A model generated the notes under the pieces. That model ran no database searches. It had not been told where the DNA came from and saw only the letters and a list, made by a program, of their open reading frames with translations. From an uncultured Paenibacillaceae bacterium (GTDB lineage Bacteria > Bacillota > Bacilli > Paenibacillales > Paenibacillaceae), in assembly GCA_963793665.1 (NCBI GenBank), contig CAWCBD010000013.1, positions 97,670 through 161,669 on the forward strand: a stretch of 64,000 bases of DNA, read 5' to 3'. A program made the translations under genes and the position numbers. This document shows positions 21,237-32,900 of the stretch, in pieces. The stretch's first letter is position 1. Every line of letters starts with the position of its first letter.

Positions 21237-22190
21237 TTACATGTTGAAAGCTGCTAATACAGCACGCGCTTGCTCCGCATCGGATTGGATCTGTTTAATT
21301 AATTCATCAATCGATCCGAATTTCTTCTCCGAGCGCAAGAAGGTGATAAATTGAATTGAAATCGATTTTCCATACAAATCCCCATTAAAATCAAACAAAT
21401 GCGCCTCTAACACCGGTTTGGGTAAATGCTCGTGGAAGGTTGGTTTCACACCCATATTCAATACACCCGGCATCGATTGTCCATCTATTTCAGCCATTAT
21501 GGCATAAACACCCTGTCTTGGCATCACATAAGCAGGTTCCGGCTCAATATTAGCCGTCGGAAACCCAATTTTGCTGCCTCTGCCTTCCCCATGTACGACG
21601 ATCCCTCGCACTTCGTATGACTCTCCAAGCAGCTGCCGAGCCATCTCAGGGGAACCCGCAAGTAACGATTCGCGAATCAGCGTACTGCTTACTTTATCGC
21701 CGTTTTGCATCAATGGTTCCACAATTTCAACTTGGATATCCGGTTGACCAAGTGACACAAGGGTTTCTGCGTGTCCTGCACCGCGTGCTCCAAAGGTGAA
21801 ATCAAAACCAACTACCGCCTTCTTCACCTGAAGAGGACGCAGAACATCCTCAACAAACTCAGCAGGTGTAACAGCAGAAAAAGCCAAATCAAATTTGATC
21901 ACATACACGACATCTACACCTAGTCTTAGGAAACGTTTGATCTTATCGTCAAGCGGTGTTAGGCAAGTGACATATTGCTGCCCATGACCCAGCACTTCTT
22001 TCGGATGCGGATGAAACGTCATCACTGCTGCCTGCATACCTTCAGCTCGAGCAGCCTCCATAGAACGGCGGATGACATTTTGATGACCTCTATGTACACC
22101 ATCAAAATGTCCGATGGCGAGTGTTTTGGGAACAGCCGATTCGGCTGCGCTAGTTGAACGTATTGGATATTCTAAAAAGATGATTTCCAT
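21237..22190 (-). CDS. ribF: Bifunctional riboflavin kinase/FAD synthetase
   Basis: AIGHFDGVHRGHQ, VGFDFTFG, VSSTLIR, IGFPTAN, GVKPTF, LEAHLFDF. Confidence 0.96.
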   Translation of the reverse strand: MEIIFLEYPIRSTSAAESAVPKTLAIGHFDGVHRGHQNVIRRSMEAARAEGMQAAVMTFHPHPKEVLGHGQQYVTCLTPLDDKIKRFLRLGVDVVYVIKFDLAFSAVTPAEFVEDVLRPLQVKKAVVGFDFTFGARGAGHAETLVSLGQPDIQVEIVEPLMQNGDKVSSTLIRESLLAGSPEMARQLLGESYEVRGIVVHGEGRGSKIGFPTANIEPEPAYVMPRQGVYAIMAEIDGQSMPGVLNMGVKPTFHEHLPKPVLEAHLFDFNGDLYGKSISIQFITFLRSEKKFGSIDELIKQIQSDAEQARAVLAAFNM

Positions 22191-22223
22191 GCAGTCACAC
22201 CTGCTTTATGATCTTTGCTTATT

Positions 22224-23144
22224 TTATACCGGCGTAAACACTTTCACTGCTTTAAGCAGTTCATTGTCCATTTCCCGTTCAAACAATCCGATAAACAGAT
22301 CATCTTCCCGGTATAACCGAATAAGCTCGTCTTTATTGTCCGATATATTGGAATCTTTAATGCTATTGTAAGGAATCCGTTTGCCTTGGAAGGCATGTTG
22401 GGCGGTCTCCATACTGACGGTGCCGCGGGATAGATGCTCAAGTGCTGAATCGGCAGGCAGAAGTCTAGCTTCTAAATCTCCCGAATCCTGCAATTGCTCG
22501 ATTTCCTGAAGCGTATAGCATTGCTCCTCAGTAAATCCGCCTGACATAGTGCGTTTGAGTTCTGCCATTACAGCAGGAACACCAAGCGCTTTACCGATGT
22601 CAACACACAGCGTGCGGATATAAGTTCCTTTAGAGCATCGAACCGTAAACCTAATTGTTGGATGTGGCTGATCAAGATTGAGCTCTAACAATTCCAATTC
22701 ATATATAGTAACTCTTCTGGATTGCCGTTCAATAACTTGACCTTCACGGGCCAGCTCGTAGAGACGCTTGCCTCCGACCTGCACAGCCGAATACATAGGG
22801 GGAATCTGGTCAATCTCACCTATGAAGCTTACTAATACGCGGCGGATATCCGACTCGTTAAGTTGAACGCTCGACACTTCCGATACTACCGTACCCGTTA
22901 AATCCTCTGTATCTGTTGCTATTCCAAACTTAAGCACCGCTTCGTAGGCTTTAGGCCTCTCCTGCACATACTCAACGACTCGTGTTGCCCGCCCAATACA
23001 GAGAGGCAAAACACCCGTTACCTGTGGATCAAGCGTCCCGGCATGGCCGATTCGCTTCGTGCGGAGCAGACGTCTAACTTTAGCTACAACATCATGTGAT
23101 GTCCAGCCTGCCGGCTTCCAAACGGCTAGAATACCGTCCATCAT
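22224..23144 (-). CDS. truB: tRNA pseudouridine(55) synthase
   Basis: KPAGWTSHDVV, GHAGTLDP, PPMYSAV, CSKGTYIRTL. Confidence 0.97.
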   Translation of the reverse strand: MMDGILAVWKPAGWTSHDVVAKVRRLLRTKRIGHAGTLDPQVTGVLPLCIGRATRVVEYVQERPKAYEAVLKFGIATDTEDLTGTVVSEVSSVQLNESDIRRVLVSFIGEIDQIPPMYSAVQVGGKRLYELAREGQVIERQSRRVTIYELELLELNLDQPHPTIRFTVRCSKGTYIRTLCVDIGKALGVPAVMAELKRTMSGGFTEEQCYTLQEIEQLQDSGDLEARLLPADSALEHLSRGTVSMETAQHAFQGKRIPYNSIKDSNISDNKDELIRLYREDDLFIGLFEREMDNELLKAVKVFTPV

Positions 23145-24151
23145 TGTTCCAGCGCCTTTCTAACGGCATTTATAAGATTGGATATTGCATCGGGCCTAGC
23201 TTCATCTATACGGCATCCCGCTGCTCGAACATGACCTCCACCGCCAAATAATTGCGCAATAGCTGATACGTCTGCTTTACCTGAGGATCGCATACTTACC
23301 TTCACTTGGCCATTCTCGGTTTCTTTGAATAAAATGCCTACTTCTACACCTTCAACATTAAGTGCATAATTTACAAGGCCTTCTAAATCATCACCGATCG
23401 CACCGGTCTGAGCCATGTCTGCAACGGAAATATACACCCACGCGATTTGGTTATCATCAGAAAAAGTAAGAGCGTTCAACCCTCGCTGCAATAAGAGAAA
23501 TTGGGGCTTTGTCATACGTTCCAATAAATGATTCGCAATCCAATGTCCAGAGACACCTTCTGCCAACATGCGTGAGGCAACATTCATCACTCTAGGTGTC
23601 GTATTCGAATATCGAAAGCCGCCTGTATCGGTTAATAAGCCCGTATAAATTGCTGCTGCTGCTTCTTTATCCGGGCTGATACCGGCATGCTCCATTAGGT
23701 CGTATAAAATCTCAACAGTTGCCGCAGCATCTGTACGGATCACGTTAACAGCGCCAAAACCATCATTGGTTGGATGATGGTCGATATTAAGTAATGCGAC
23801 TCCTTCAGAAAAGATACCTGATACAAGTCCAATTCTCCGATAATCTGCGCAATCAACAGCAATAACCCGGTCATAGATCTCTGTAGGAGGCTGCTGGCTG
23901 TAGTTAGTAATTGAAGCAGCAAATTCCAAGAAGTCTAATCTCACAGGTACAGACCCTTCGTTAATCATGACGGCCTGTTTGCCAAAATGGCGAAGAAGCC
24001 AACCGACAACGAGAGTAGAGCTGATGGCATCACCGTCAGGCTGAACATGAGAGACGACCAAGAAGCGGTCGCCCTCGCGCATAAAAGCTATTGCATCATC
24101 CAGCTCTTTCTCATAAGCCGCAGAAAAAACGGCTTGTTTTACCCCGGTCAT
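23141..24151 (-). CDS. DHH/DHHA1 phosphoesterase (nanoRNase/pAp phosphatase NrnA-like)
   Basis: [41 protein letters not shown]. Confidence 0.9.
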   Translation of the reverse strand: MTGVKQAVFSAAYEKELDDAIAFMREGDRFLVVSHVQPDGDAISSTLVVGWLLRHFGKQAVMINEGSVPVRLDFLEFAASITNYSQQPPTEIYDRVIAVDCADYRRIGLVSGIFSEGVALLNIDHHPTNDGFGAVNVIRTDAAATVEILYDLMEHAGISPDKEAAAAIYTGLLTDTGGFRYSNTTPRVMNVASRMLAEGVSGHWIANHLLERMTKPQFLLLQRGLNALTFSDDNQIAWVYISVADMAQTGAIGDDLEGLVNYALNVEGVEVGILFKETENGQVKVSMRSSGKADVSAIAQLFGGGGHVRAAGCRIDEARPDAISNLINAVRKALEQ

Positions 24152-24504
24152 TGTACACCATTGCCACTGTTAATATTGTTAAGCAGAGATTCAATTCGGC
24201 TTCCATACTCGATGCTGTTGTCAAATTTAAACAACAGCTCCGGCGTATGACGGAAACGAATCCGTTTGCCTAGCTCGGAACGAAGAAAGCCGGTCCCGCG
24301 AGCTAGCGCTTTGAGCGTTTCTTCCTTCTGCTCATCTGTACCAAGCACGCTCAAAAATACTCTCGCTTGAGAAAGATCATTAGTCAATTCCACGCCCGTA
24401 ACGGTTATAAATCCGATACGCGGATCTTTAAGCTCGGACTGGATAAGCTGACTTAATTCTTTCTTGATTTGTTCACCAACGCGTCCTACGCGAATTTTCG
24501 CCAT
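24148..24504 (-). CDS. rbfA: 30S ribosome-binding factor A
   Basis: [41 protein letters not shown]. Confidence 0.97.
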   Translation of the reverse strand: MAKIRVGRVGEQIKKELSQLIQSELKDPRIGFITVTGVELTNDLSQARVFLSVLGTDEQKEETLKALARGTGFLRSELGKRIRFRHTPELLFKFDNSIEYGSRIESLLNNINSGNGVQ

Positions 24505-24511
24505 AGGTTAA

Positions 24512-27397
24512 TCACCTCTCTACTGTCTCCATAACGTAAGCTTCAATGACATCGCCTTCTCTAAGGTCATTGAATCTTTCAAGTGTAATACCGCACTCAT
24601 AACCTTGAGCAACTTCCTTCGCGTCATCTTTAAAGCGTTTAAGTGACTCGATCTCTGTGTCAAACACGACAATGCCGCTTCTGATCAAGCGAGCTTTTGC
24701 CGAACGCGTGATTTTACCTGATGTAACCATACAGCCTGCAATCGTACCGACTTTAGTAACTTTGAAGATGTTACGAACTTCAGCCTGACCGATAATAACT
24801 TCTTTGAAGATCGGGTCAAGCATCCCTTTCATAGCATGCTCGATTTCGTCGATAACATTATAAATAATGCTGTGCAGACGAATATCAACTTTTTCTTGTT
24901 CAGCTGTTGCCAGCGCTTGAGGCTCTGGACGAACGTTAAAGCCGATTACGATTGCGTTTGAAGCAGCTGCGAGATTGATATCTGATTCAGTGATCGCACC
25001 AGCACCACTGTGAATGATTTTAACGCGAACGCCTTCGATATCAATTTTGGCGAGCGATCCTTTAAGAGCCTCGGATGAACCTTGAACGTCCGCTTTGATA
25101 ATAACGTTCAATTCCTTCATTTCGCCATCTTTGATGTGGCTGTATAGATCTTCAAGCGTTACACGAGTATTCGCACCAAGCTCGGATTGACGATGCTTAA
25201 TGGCACGACGCTCAGCAATTGCACGTGCTTTACGCTCATCCTCGAACACAATGAATGGATCGCCAGCTTGCGGCACTTCTGTCAAACCCGTAATTTCGAC
25301 TGGTGTGACTGGACCTGCTTCTTTTAAGCGACGGCCTTTATCATTAACCATTGCGCGGACACGTCCGAAGCAGTTACCTGCAACGAAAGCATCGCCGACT
25401 TTGAGTGATCCGTGTTGAACGAGAATACGTGCAACCGGTCCTTTACCTTTATCAAGCTCTGCTTCAATAACTGTACCGCGCGCCCTTTTGTTCGGGTTCG
25501 CTTTGTAGTCGTTCACTTCAGCAACGAGCAGAATCATTTCAAGCAATTCTTCTAGGCCGATACGCTGTTTAGCCGAAACGTTGACGAAAATCGTGTCGCC
25601 GCCCCACTCTTCCGGTACAAGCGCATATTCAGTAAGACTTTGTTTAATTTTATCAACGTCTGCACCTGGCTTATCAATTTTGTTGATAGCTACGATAATC
25701 GGTACGCCGGCTGCTTTCGCATGGTTAATAGCTTCTACCGTTTGCGGCATAACGCCGTCATCCGCTGCAACAACGATAATAGTAATATCCGTTACTTGAG
25801 CACCACGAGCACGCATGAGTGTAAAAGCTTCATGGCCAGGTGTATCCAGGAATGTAATTTTCTTATGATTGATTTCAACTTGGTATGCACCGATATGCTG
25901 CGTGATACCGCCTGCTTCACCGCTTGTTACGTTGGTGTGGCGAATCGCATCAAGCAAAGTTGTTTTACCGTGATCGACGTGACCCATAATAGTAACAACT
26001 GGCGGACGAGTCTCAAGTGTTTCTTCTTCATCCTTCTCTTCGAAGGTTTCGAAAGCATCTTCCTCAACCGGGATTTTCACTTCAACTTCTACGCCATATT
26101 CAGTAGCGATCAATTGAATGGTATCAAGATCAATCTCTTGGTTAATGGTTGCCATTACACCAAGCATGATGAGCTTCTTAATAACCTCTGAAGCATCCTT
26201 ATGAAGCAATTTCGCCAAATCACCGACCGTCACTGTACCCCGAACGATAATTTTCTTAGGTGTATTATCCACTTTTTCTTTGCGTTCTTGTTGTTGGCCT
26301 CTACCGCGCTGATTTTTGCCGCCGCGATTATTGCCTTTATAGTTGCTAACTCTAGCATCGTCAAAACGTTTGCCGCCCGCATTTTGATTCGGCTTCGTCG
26401 ATCTCTTCTTTTGATCATCGGTAGTAGGACGCGGCTCGAATGTTTTGCCTTGTGCGTTACGGTTTGGCTGCGGTGCTGTCGCACGGGAACCACCTGTACT
26501 CGGAGCCGGGGCCGGTCGACCTGCGCCTTGACCGCTGGCACTGCGCTGCTGGCCTTGTCCTTGCGGACTGCTCTGACCAAATCGTTGGCCGCCTTGACCC
26601 GATCCACTCTGTCCGCCTTGGCCGCTTGGACGTGGCCGCCTTGACCACCGTATTGACCGCTCGGACGCTGACCTTGTCCGCCTTGAGTACCTTGACCGCT
26701 TGGACGCTGGCCGCCTTGACCACTTGGACGCTGGCCTTGGCCTTGTTGTCCGCTTGGACGCTGACCTTGGTTGTACTGTCCGCTTGGACGCTGACCTTGT
26801 TGACCGCTAGGACGTTGGCCTTGCTGGCCTCCCTGCCCAGATGGACGCTGCTGCGAGCTTGTTCCAGTTGGTTGAGTGCTGGTCGTTGTCGACGGAGCAC
26901 TTGTTTGTACAGGTGCAGCTGCTTGACTTGGTGCTGCTGTTTGCGCTGCTGCAGCAGGCTGTGTAGTCGTGCTTGCTGGCGTAGTTGCTGATGTCGTGCT
27001 TGTATTTGCTTGCGTATTTGGTTTTGTTGTATTCATATTCCCCTGTTGATCATTCGTATTTTTATTACTTTGCGCTTGCGGTTGACCTGCATTTACGGCA
27101 GGCTGTGGTTTACGTTCCAATGACTGCTGCTGCGGACGATTAGTTGGCTGCGAAGAGGCAGCGACGGTTGCAGTTTCTTGAGCGCGTTTAGCGGCTGCAT
27201 TTGCTTTAATATCACGAAAGAAACCTTCGACTTTGTTAACCATCTCATTCTCCATGACACTCATATGATTGTTAACGGGCAGACTGAGACGTTTCAAGAA
27301 TCGTAATGATTTCTTTACTGCTCATATTGAGCGACTTTGCGTATTCATAGACGCGCAATTTATCTTTATTGTCCTTGCTGTCTTGTTGTTTAGTCAA
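24512..27397 (-). CDS. infB: Translation initiation factor IF-2, about 960 aa; indels near 27297 and 26630
   Basis: TTG at 27397 gives [31 protein letters not shown]; long low-complexity linker; G domain [32 protein letters not shown]. Confidence 0.96.
26600..26855 (-). repeat. Coding tandem repeats (QRPSGQ) inside infB
   Basis: Seven QRPSGQ copies in ORF 26230..27297 plus an eighth broken by an indel; the DNA shows recurring CGCTTGGACGCTG-like units on the + strand. Confidence 0.9.
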
Positions 27398-27720
27398 TAT
27401 ACTCCACCTCCGTAGGTTGGCTTAGAGCTTTGTACGATATTTTTGGAAAAGCCTGCATCCGTAACGGCGATTAGAACCCGTTCCGATTTTCCAATCGCAT
27501 CTCCAATCGTTATCCGGTCAAATGCTTCCGCTAAGTTTCACGTTATAGGTTGCGCATTTGTCGCGGAATTTTTTTTTTGTATTATCTGAAGCATCGCCTG
27601 CAGCAATAACAAGCTTTGCCTTTCCTTGCTGAACCGCTTTGAGCACAGTTTCATCCCCGGTGACAAGTTTGCCAGCTCGCATCGCCATTCCAAGGAGAGA
27701 TAATGCTTTATGTCTTCATC
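27390..27720 (-). CDS. ylxQ: L7Ae-family RNA-binding protein YlxQ; disrupted by indels, ends approximate
   Basis: Hand translation KALSLLGMAMRAGKLVTGDETVLKAVQQGKAKLVIAAGDAS...IGDAIGKSERVLIAVTDAGF. Confidence 0.85.
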
Positions 27721-28025
27721 ATCTTCATCCACCCGATCTTTGCTGGCTATAAACGCATCCTCCACAGCAACAAAATCCTGCTCGAGTTGATCGTAAATTT
27801 CCGCCCCAACCGGTTGCTTCAGTGCCCGATCAAGTGCTTTGCTTTCTTGGCCAGCTTGAAGCAGCTGACTTTGCCGCATAAATACGCGCCGCGTCCCGCT
27901 TTCTTGCCTGTCAAATCGATCAATATCGCTCCATCAGGCGTCCGAACGATGCGAATCAGTTCTTTCTTCGGCATCATTTCCTGACAAGCCACGCATTTGC
28001 GCAGCGGAACTTTTCTAGGTCTCAT
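27707..28025 (-). CDS. ylxR: YlxR/RnpM (DUF448) RNA-binding protein; indel near 27840
   Basis: RKVPLRKCVAC...KKELIRIVR...TGKKAGRGAYLC, continuing in another frame as KALDRALK...IYDQLE. Confidence 0.9.
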
Positions 28026-28059
28026 CGTTCATCCCTCCCCAGCCGTTGTAGATTCGCTA

Positions 28060-29159
28060 CTAATCGATGGAAACTGAATCCTGATGCATCGTATTCATAG
28101 GTGATTTCGGACGGCCATATTCTTGCTCCGCTTGTGTTTCACTCTTGATATCAATTTTCCAGCCAGTCAGTTTGGCTGCCAAGCCGAGCATTTTGTCCTT
28201 TGATCCCGATCGCAAGCGAAAGCTGATAGTCAGGCACGATAACTCGTGCCATTTTCTCTTGCTCATACACGATAACTTCAATCACCTTAGATGGGCTTAG
28301 AGCGTTTGCCACATATTCATCTACACTTTCCGACCAACGAACAATATCGATTTTTTCGCCTTTCAGCTCCGTTACGATGGTTTGCACACGCATCCCTTTT
28401 TGACCGACGCAGGATCCAACCGGATCAACCTCGGCATTACGGGAATAAACGGCGATTTTCGAACGGAAGCCAGCTTCCCTCGCAACCGAACGAATTTCTA
28501 CCACACCATCGTAGATTTCTGGAACTTCAAGCTCGAACAGACGTTTAAGCAAGCCGGGATGTGTACGCGAAAGAAAAATTTGCGGCCCTTTTGTCGTGTT
28601 CTCCACTTTCGTGATGATAGGATTTCACACGGTCGCCATGCTTGAATTTATCCGTTGGCATCAATTCAGTTAAAGGCAGTACAGCTTCAACTTTACCAAG
28701 ATCGATAAATAAATTGCGTACATCTTGACGCTGAACAATCCCGTTCACGATATCTTCTTCTTTATCAATAAACGCATTATAAATAAGTCCCCGCTCTGCT
28801 TCACGAATACGCTGAGTGACGACCTGCTTAGCAGTTTGAGCGGCGATACGGCCAAAATCACGAGGCGTTACCTCGATGTCAGCTATATCGTCCAGCTGAT
28901 AGTGCGGGTTAATCTCACTAGATGCTTCTACAGAAATCTCCAGTCGCGGATCCAGAACATCTTCAACTACCGTTTTGCGTGCATATACTTTAATGACACC
29001 GGTAAATCGGTTAATATCAACCCGTACGTTCTGGGCTGTATTAAAATTTCGCTTATAGCTGGAAATAAGGGCTGCTTCAATCGCTTCTAGCAAGATATCC
29101 TTGCTGATTCCCTTTTCCTTCTCTATTTCCGTTAATGCTTCAATAAAATCCATACTCAT
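28060..29159 (-). CDS. nusA: Transcription factor NusA; two indels
   Basis: DFGRIAAQTAKQVVTQRIREAER, LSRTHPGLLKRLFELEVPEI, AREAGFRSKIAV, LSLAIGIKGQN, LAAKLTGWKIDIKS. Confidence 0.96.
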
Positions 29160-29220
29160 TGGAAATAAGTTCCCCCTTTCAATTGGTTCCCTATCGTTAT
29201 ATTCATGCCAATGCCTTCAT

Positions 29221-29682
29221 TTAGAAGACGATGGCTAATCGGGCGCTTGCAACTTTGTCATATGGAATCGAATGCTTCTTCTTCCCGATTTCAACGATCG
29301 CCTCTTGCCCATCAAAGGAGAGCAAGCTGCCCTTCGAACTCTTTCGCGCCGCCAATCGGTTCATAGGTCGTCAGAAAACATGTTTGCCGACCGCTTTACG
29401 TACATCTTCAGCTTTCTTAAGCGGACGTTCCGCTCCAGGTGAAGAAACTTCGAGAAAATAGGCATCCGTAATCGGATCATTCTCATCCAAGCTTTTCGCT
29501 TAAAAATTCGCTGATCCGGCCGCAATCATCGATATCGATGCCGCCTTCTTTGTCCACGAATACGCGCAGAAAATAGTTGCTGCCTTCTTTCACATACTCA
29601 ATATCGACGAGTTCAAATCCATTGTCATCCAGAAACGGTCGCACCATTTCTTCAACGACGGTTTTGATTTTGATGTGCTCAA
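29221..29682 (-). CDS. rimP: Ribosome maturation factor RimP; several indels, absent from the ORF track
   Basis: Hand translation: [41 protein letters not shown]...[16 protein letters not shown]...[15 protein letters not shown]. Confidence 0.92.
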
Positions 29683-29811
29683 AAAAAATGTACCCCCCAC
29701 TGCCTTCGTCTCATCGCCGGGACACGGGACTGAAGTTGACAGTTAATTTTATGACCTCAGTCGCTGTTCGTAGCGACACGGCTAATGATCATGCAGACGT
29801 AAAAAGGTGTA

Positions 29812-29844
29812 GACAAAACGTAAAGAGTGGGTTTCCCCACTCTT
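29812..29844 (-). promoter_or_regulatory. Leader hairpin/attenuator of the rimP-nusA-infB operon
   Basis: AAGAGTGGG-GAAA-CCCACTCTT followed by an interrupted U tract (TACGTTTTGT), about 30 nt after the promoter. Confidence 0.7.
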
Positions 29845-29880
29845 CTGCGACAAAGTCGTATCATCATCATTACCAGAAAA

Positions 29881-29909
29881 ATTATACCATAACCATCTTG
29901 TGGTGACAA
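29881..29909 (-). promoter_or_regulatory. SigA promoter of the rimP-nusA-infB operon
   Basis: Minus strand TTGTCA-N17-TATAAT with an extended TG. Confidence 0.85.
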
Positions 29910-29937
29910 GATAATACGCTGTTGGTCTCACTGACTG

Positions 29938-32900
29938 CTAGAACAAAGACAACTGGTTGGATTCCGGAAGTCCGCGGAAGCATCCCATTCCATTAAGAAC
30001 CTCGATGATCGTTTTGGATGCTTTCGATTTTTGCTGGAAGTCCTCGATCGACAGGAATTCTCCGTGCATCCCGGGAAGCAGCAATATTGCGTGCCGCATT
30101 TTCGCCAATGCCGCCAATGGCAGCGAACGGCGGGATAAGCGAATCGCCGTCGATAATAAACTTCGTCGCATCGGATCGATAAAGATCGATCGGCTTGAAT
30201 GAAAAGCCTCGCGCCGTCATCTCCAATGCCATTTCCAGCATGGAGACGCATGTTTTTCTCTTTCGGCGTCGCCTGAAAGCCTTTCGCTTCAATTTCAATC
30301 AATTTGCGCAGAATCGCATCATAGCCTTGGCAGAGCAGCTCCAAATCGAAATCGTCAGCACGAACTGTAAAATAAGTTGCATAATATTCAATCGGATAAT
30401 ACAGCTTGAAGTAGGCCGTGCGCACTGCTGAAATAACATAGGCAGCGGCATGCGCTTTCGGGAACATATACTCGATCTTCAAGCAGGAATCGATGTACCA
30501 TTGCGGTACTTTGCAGCGCTTCATTTCATCTATCCACTCCGGCGTAAGCCTCTGCCCTTTACGAACGCTCTCCGTAATTTTGAAGGCAAGACTGGCATCC
30601 ATGCCTGCTTTATAAATCAGAAATAACATGATATCGTCACGACAGCCAATGACGGTCTTAATCGTGCAGGTGCTGTTCTTAATCAGTTCCTGCGCATTGC
30701 CAAGCCAAACGCCGGTTCCATGCGACAGCCCGGATATTTGCAGCAAATCGGCAAACGTTGCACGGCTTCGTCTCTTCAAGCATCTGCCGAACGAATTTGG
30801 TTCCCATCTCCGGTACGCCGTAAGTCGCTACCGAGGAACGGATTTTCTCCGGTGTTACGCCAAGCGCATCGGTGGAATTGAACATACTCATAACCTTCGG
30901 ATCATTCATTGGAATCATCGTCGGATCAACGCCCGTCAAATCCTGCAGCATCCGCATCATCGTCGGATCATCATGGCCGAGTATATCAAGCTTGAGCAAG
31001 TTTTCATCGAAAGCATGATAGTCAAAATGAGTTGTTTTCCATTCCGCATTCACATCATCAGCAGGATATTGAACGGGTGTAACATCTTCGACCTCAATAT
31101 AATCAGGTACAACGACGATTCCGCCTGGATGCTGGCCTGTACTTCGTTTAACACCAGTAAAGCCATTGGCTAAACGTGCCAATTCAGCACCGCGCCATTT
31201 CTTCCCGTGATCCTCTTCATATTTCTTTGTAAAGCCATACGCGGTCTTCTCCGCAACTGTACCGATCGTACCTGCACGGAATACATTTTTCTCACCGAAC
31301 ATCTCTTTCGTAAAGTTATGCGCAATCGGCTGATATTCACCTGAGAAGTTCAAATCGATATCCGGAACTTTATCTCCTTTGAAGCCAAGGAACGTTTCGA
31401 ACGGAATATCCTGGCCTTCCCCTTTAAGCGGTTTCCCGCAGTTCGGACAATCTTTGTTAGGCAAATCAAAACCGCTTGGATAGCTGCCATCCAGAAACCA
31501 TTCGCTATACTTGCAGGCTTCGTTCACGCAGGTATAATGTGCCGGCAGCGGGTTAACTTCTGAAATCCCAAGGAATGTAGCCACGACCGAAGAGCCTACA
31601 GATCCCCTGGAGCCTACTAAGTAGCCATCTTCATTCGATTTTTTAACAAGCCGCTCGGAAATCAGATAGTTGGCAGAAAATCCAGATTTAATAATGGGAA
31701 CGAGTTCTTTCTCTAATCGCTGTACGACGACATCGGGTATCGGTTCGCCATACAGCCTCTTCGCTGTTGCATAGCATGTCTCCCGAATTTCTTCGTCTGC
31801 GCCTTCGATAATGGGAGCAAACAGCTTCGTTGGAAACATATCAAAGGGTTCAAACCGTTCCGCTAATTGAACCGTGTTCTTAATAACGACCTCATGCGCT
31901 CTGGCTTCACCCAGAAACGCGAACTCATCCAGCATTTCTTTCGTTGTGCGGAAATGGGCATCTGGTTTGGTAATGTCCTTCAGCGGACTGAATCCCGTTA
32001 TCCCGTGAATCGTAATATCGCGGAACAGCTTGTCTCTTTCGTTCAAGTAATGAACGTTGCCGGTTGCGATGATAGGCTTGCCGAGCTTATCGCCTATTTC
32101 ACAGACACGGCGGATCGCTTGCTCAATTTCGGCGCGACTCGCCACGAAGCCTTTCTCAACGAGGTGCATATAGAAGGTAACGGGCTGAATCTCAAGCACA
32201 TCGTAGTAGCGGGCGACTTCCTCTGCTTCCTCCATCGATTTGTTCATGACCGCTTCGAAAAACTCGCCCTTCTCACAGCCAGAAATGATAAGCAGCCCTT
32301 CCCGCAAATCGTTCAGCTTGCTTTTTGGAATCGTCGCGACTCTTTTAAAATGCTCGGTATGTGAGATCGAGATAAGTTTAAATAAGTTCTTCTTGCCTAC
32401 TGCATTAAGCGCATAGATACAGCAATGAAAGGGCCGCATATTCGACAAGTCGAGACCGACGTAATCGTTCAGCATTTGTAAGCCCGTAATGTTACGCTCT
32501 CCGGCATCTTTGATCAGACCATATAATACACCGCCTAATGCGATGGAGTCGTCGATAGCGCGGTGATGATTCTCCAAGCTTACTTTATATTTATCTGATA
32601 ACGTATTAAGTCTATGATTTTTCATGGTCGGATGAAGGAAACGGGCCAGCTCCAGCGTATCAAGAACCGGATTCTTGACCTCTGGCATACCAAGACGCCT
32701 GCAAGCTGCTTGGATGAAGCCCATATCAAACCTCGCGTTATGGGCAACCAATACGGTATCCCCGATAAAATCGATGAATTCACGCAGCTTCGGCTCGAGT
32801 TCCGGTGCATCCTTAACCATATCGTTGGTGATATTCGTAAGCTGCTGAATGTTGTACGGAATATCCTCATGCGGATTAATAAAGGTAGAGAACCTGTCAA

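Noticed and set aside
23141-24151. DHH phosphoesterase between rbfA and truB as a novel insertion
   Set aside because: This arrangement is common in Firmicutes outside Bacillus; it is an ordinary NrnA-like protein.
29577-29906. + strand 109 aa ORF in the apparent gap between nusA and polC
   Set aside because: The region is explained by the frameshifted rimP and its leader and promoter on the - strand.
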